Of a DNA stretch of 64,000 bases, positions 61,760 to 64,000 are shown one piece after another. The notes beneath the pieces are model-generated. The model ran no database searches. It saw only the letters and a program-made list of their open reading frames with translations, and had not been told where the DNA came from. Source of the DNA: Felis catus (taxonomy: Eukaryota). A program made the translations under genes and the position numbers. How positions within the stretch are numbered: position 1 is the stretch's first letter; each line of letters starts with the position of its first letter. The DNA lies in assembly GCF_018350175.1 (NCBI RefSeq), contig NC_058368.1, positions 10,044,001-10,108,000 on the forward strand. Reading direction: 5' to 3'.

Positions 61760-62700
61760 CAAATTGAAAAATAAGTTTGATATAAACCCAATTTTTAAAT
61801 GTCAAAAGGAAATTGTAAATATTTTTGAAGAAAATGAAAAGAATATTATTATTATTTGAGGGGTGATGGGAGAGAAGGACTTTGTGACCCCCCCCCGCCC
61901 AGGATGAAAGTTATGATGGAAAAGTGTTGTTAGGCTTGAGTACTTAAAAATACACACATGCGAAATTTCTGAATGGTGAAAAATATACCCTGATATACAT
62001 TGTAATTTAACAAACTTAAGGCAAATAATGAAATCGAAAAAGTAAAGAACATCTTTAATATATAAAGAGCTCTTACAAACCAATAAAGAAAACATGAATC
62101 CATATGCTAATAATGGGACACAAACAGCAAATTCTCAGTGGAAAAAAATTTAAATGGCCAATAAACATAAAGAAAAAATTTTAACTTTCCTCATAACAAA
62201 ATAAATAAAAACAAAAACAATAAAAGTCTCTAATGATGGGGAGAATAGAGGAATAAAATAAAGAATATCCATTGTTGGCAGGGATTTGGGGAAATAGACA
62301 CCTTCATGCCATGCTGTTGGGAACTTAAAGTGGTACACCTTGGGTCACCCGGGTGGCTTAGTCGGCTGAGCATCCGACTTCGGCCCAGATCACGATCTCG
62401 TGGTTCGTGAGTTCGAGCCCTACATCTGGATCGCTGCTGTCAGCCTGTCAGCTTGTCAGCACAGGGATCCTGCTTTAGATCCTCTGTTCCCCTCTCTCTG
62501 CCCCTTCCCCGCTTGTGCTCTCCCCCAAATAAATAAATATTTAAAAAATAACTTAAAAATTTTAACAGTGAAAAATAAGAAACATCTTAAAATACTTACA
62601 ATATAGAGTCGTACATATTATAATTAACCCATTAAAAGAAAGGTTACCAAATACCATGAATAGCTTGATGTAATTTTATCTTTAAAAATGCGTGTATTAA
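61760..62700 (+). mobile_element. Old L1ME-type ORF2 3' remnant interrupted by a SINE
   Basis: tatataaagagctcttacaaaccaataaagaaaa..aaatggccaataaacataaa..tgttggcagggatttgggga. Confidence 0.7.
62342..62550 (+). mobile_element. SINEC_Fc2-like CanSINE
   Basis: gctgtcagcctgtcagcttgtcagcacag reiterated motif; gatcctctgttcccctctctctg. Confidence 0.9.
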
Positions 62701-62720
62701 TAAATACATGCACAGCACAG

Positions 62721-62721
<1 letters not shown>

Positions 62722-62760
<39 letters not shown>
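62722..62760. repeat. (CA)n microsatellite
   Basis: Directly visible. Confidence 0.95.
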
Positions 62761-62763
<3 letters not shown>

Positions 62764-62764
62764 C

Positions 62765-62975
62765 AATGCTAGCCACTCTTCTCAGTACTTTACTTATAAT
62801 TCACTTAATCCTCATTACAACCTTGGGGAGTGGGTGCCATAAAGAACCCCATTTCACGAATGACGACACTGAGGCAGAAAGAGGGAAGCGCTTACCCAAA
62901 AAGTCACACAGCTGGCAAGGCAGAGCCGGGATTCAAAGCCAGGTCCCGAGGCTCCAGATCCCGGAGTCTTAACGA
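62765..62975 (-). mobile_element. MIR
   Basis: cacttaatcctcattacaacc..ccccatttcacgaatgacgacactgaggcagaaagagggaagcgcttacccaaaaagtcacacagct..gggattcaaagccagg. Confidence 0.88.
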
Positions 62976-63136
62976 CTAACCCGGCTACACTAGGGGCAAA
63001 AGTGTGCTTTGTGTGCTCACTTTACGAGGTGAGGGAAAGACCTGGGGGGTGCACATTGACCAGCCCTCAGTGCTTACCTCTGGGTGGGAGGAAGCTGGGG
63101 ACAAGCTTCTGTTTATTAATTAAAAAAAGTAAACCC

Positions 63137-63373
63137 GGGGCTCCTGGGTGGCGCAGTCGGTTAAGCGTCCGACTTCAGCCAGCTCACGATCTCGCGGTCC
63201 GTGAGTTCGAGCCCCGGGTCGGGCTCTGGGCTGATGGCTCAGAGCCTGGAGCCTGTTTCCGATTCTGTGTCTCCCTCTCTCTCTGCCCCTCTGCCGTTCA
63301 TGCTCTGTCTCTCTCTGTCCCCAAAATAAATAAAAACGCTGAAAAAAAAATTAAAAATAAAATAAAATAAAAT
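63137..63373 (+). mobile_element. Young SINEC_Fc
   Basis: Exact TSD aaaaaaagtaaaccc; near-identical to copies at 32677, 33151 and 39800. Confidence 0.98.
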
Positions 63374-64000
63374 AAAAAAAGTAAACCCAATATATCCTGA
63401 TTTTTCTACCCTTAACATCTATCACTGGGTGGTAATGAATTGCAAGGTTTTCAAAGTTGCAAAATTGTCACAAGTGGTGAGCAAGTACTCATTCTTCCCC
63501 TTGTTCGGCTGCTTTGGTAATTTACCGACCAAAACAGGATTAAGGAGGACCAGCTCAGCTTTCCTAACCCTGGGCTCTGCTAAACCCTTCACTGTAAGGC
63601 CTCACAAAGGCAAAAATGTGTTTTTGTGTGTCTTTTTTTTTTTAATTTTCTTTCTTTCTGAACATTCTGTGCCTGTCATTTTTTTCTTCTGAAAGGATTA
63701 CTGAGCCGGGCCCAGCATTCCAAAGTCCTGACGTTCAGACCAGGATTTCGGCCCCTCTTCCTGCTGCTGTCAGCCCAGCATTGCCAAGATCCTGGTTATT
63801 TCTGCTCTGTGTTTTCTCACAATCCCAGAGGATCTTGGTGACAGGAAAAGTCTCTCTCTCTCTCTTTTTTTTCTGATTCAAATCATTTTGGCTCTTGAGA
63901 TCGTGACAAATATCAAGGGGCCTAGAGATAATACAGTGGTTCCCGGTATGAAATCTGTAAAAAAAAAAGACAGAACACGTCAGAGGTGGCTTTTTCTAAA

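Noticed and set aside
1..64000. CRISPR arrays, operons or prokaryotic defence systems
   Set aside because: The sequence is mammalian; no regularly spaced repeat-spacer array or gene-dense region is seen.

Overview
This is a mammalian, felid-type genomic window. The CanSINEs carry SINEC_Fc-type diagnostics, so it is most likely cat or another Felidae. It looks intergenic or intronic: I cannot recognise any host protein-coding exon, RNA gene or CRISPR array. Almost all ORFs in the track are chance ORFs in GC-rich DNA or translations of SINE/LINE/LTR repeats. The window is dominated by repeats: about 30 tRNA-derived CanSINEs (at least four very young, three of them with clean TSDs), MaLR (MLT1), ERV1 and ERVL LTRs, L1/HAL1 and L2 fragments, MIRs and hAT MITEs (MER5, MER53). 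The only protein homology I can support is a decayed ERV-L dUTPase/pol tail at about 8.3-8.7 kb, plus L1 ORF remnants. The most striking structure is a five-level nested insertion at 7.4-10.9 kb (ERV-L dUTPase > MLT1A > MER21 > MER34 > SINE) with a readable TSD at each level. Other points of interest are a five-SINE alternating-orientation pile-up at 32.2-33.4 kb, a perfect CpG-rich 22-bp palindrome, several candidate enhancer motif clusters and a weak chain of minus-strand splice signals at 57-64 kb. I found no convincing evidence of a previously undescribed biological system. Repeat subfamily names come from recalled consensus similarity and boundaries are approximate; both should be confirmed with RepeatMasker/Dfam.
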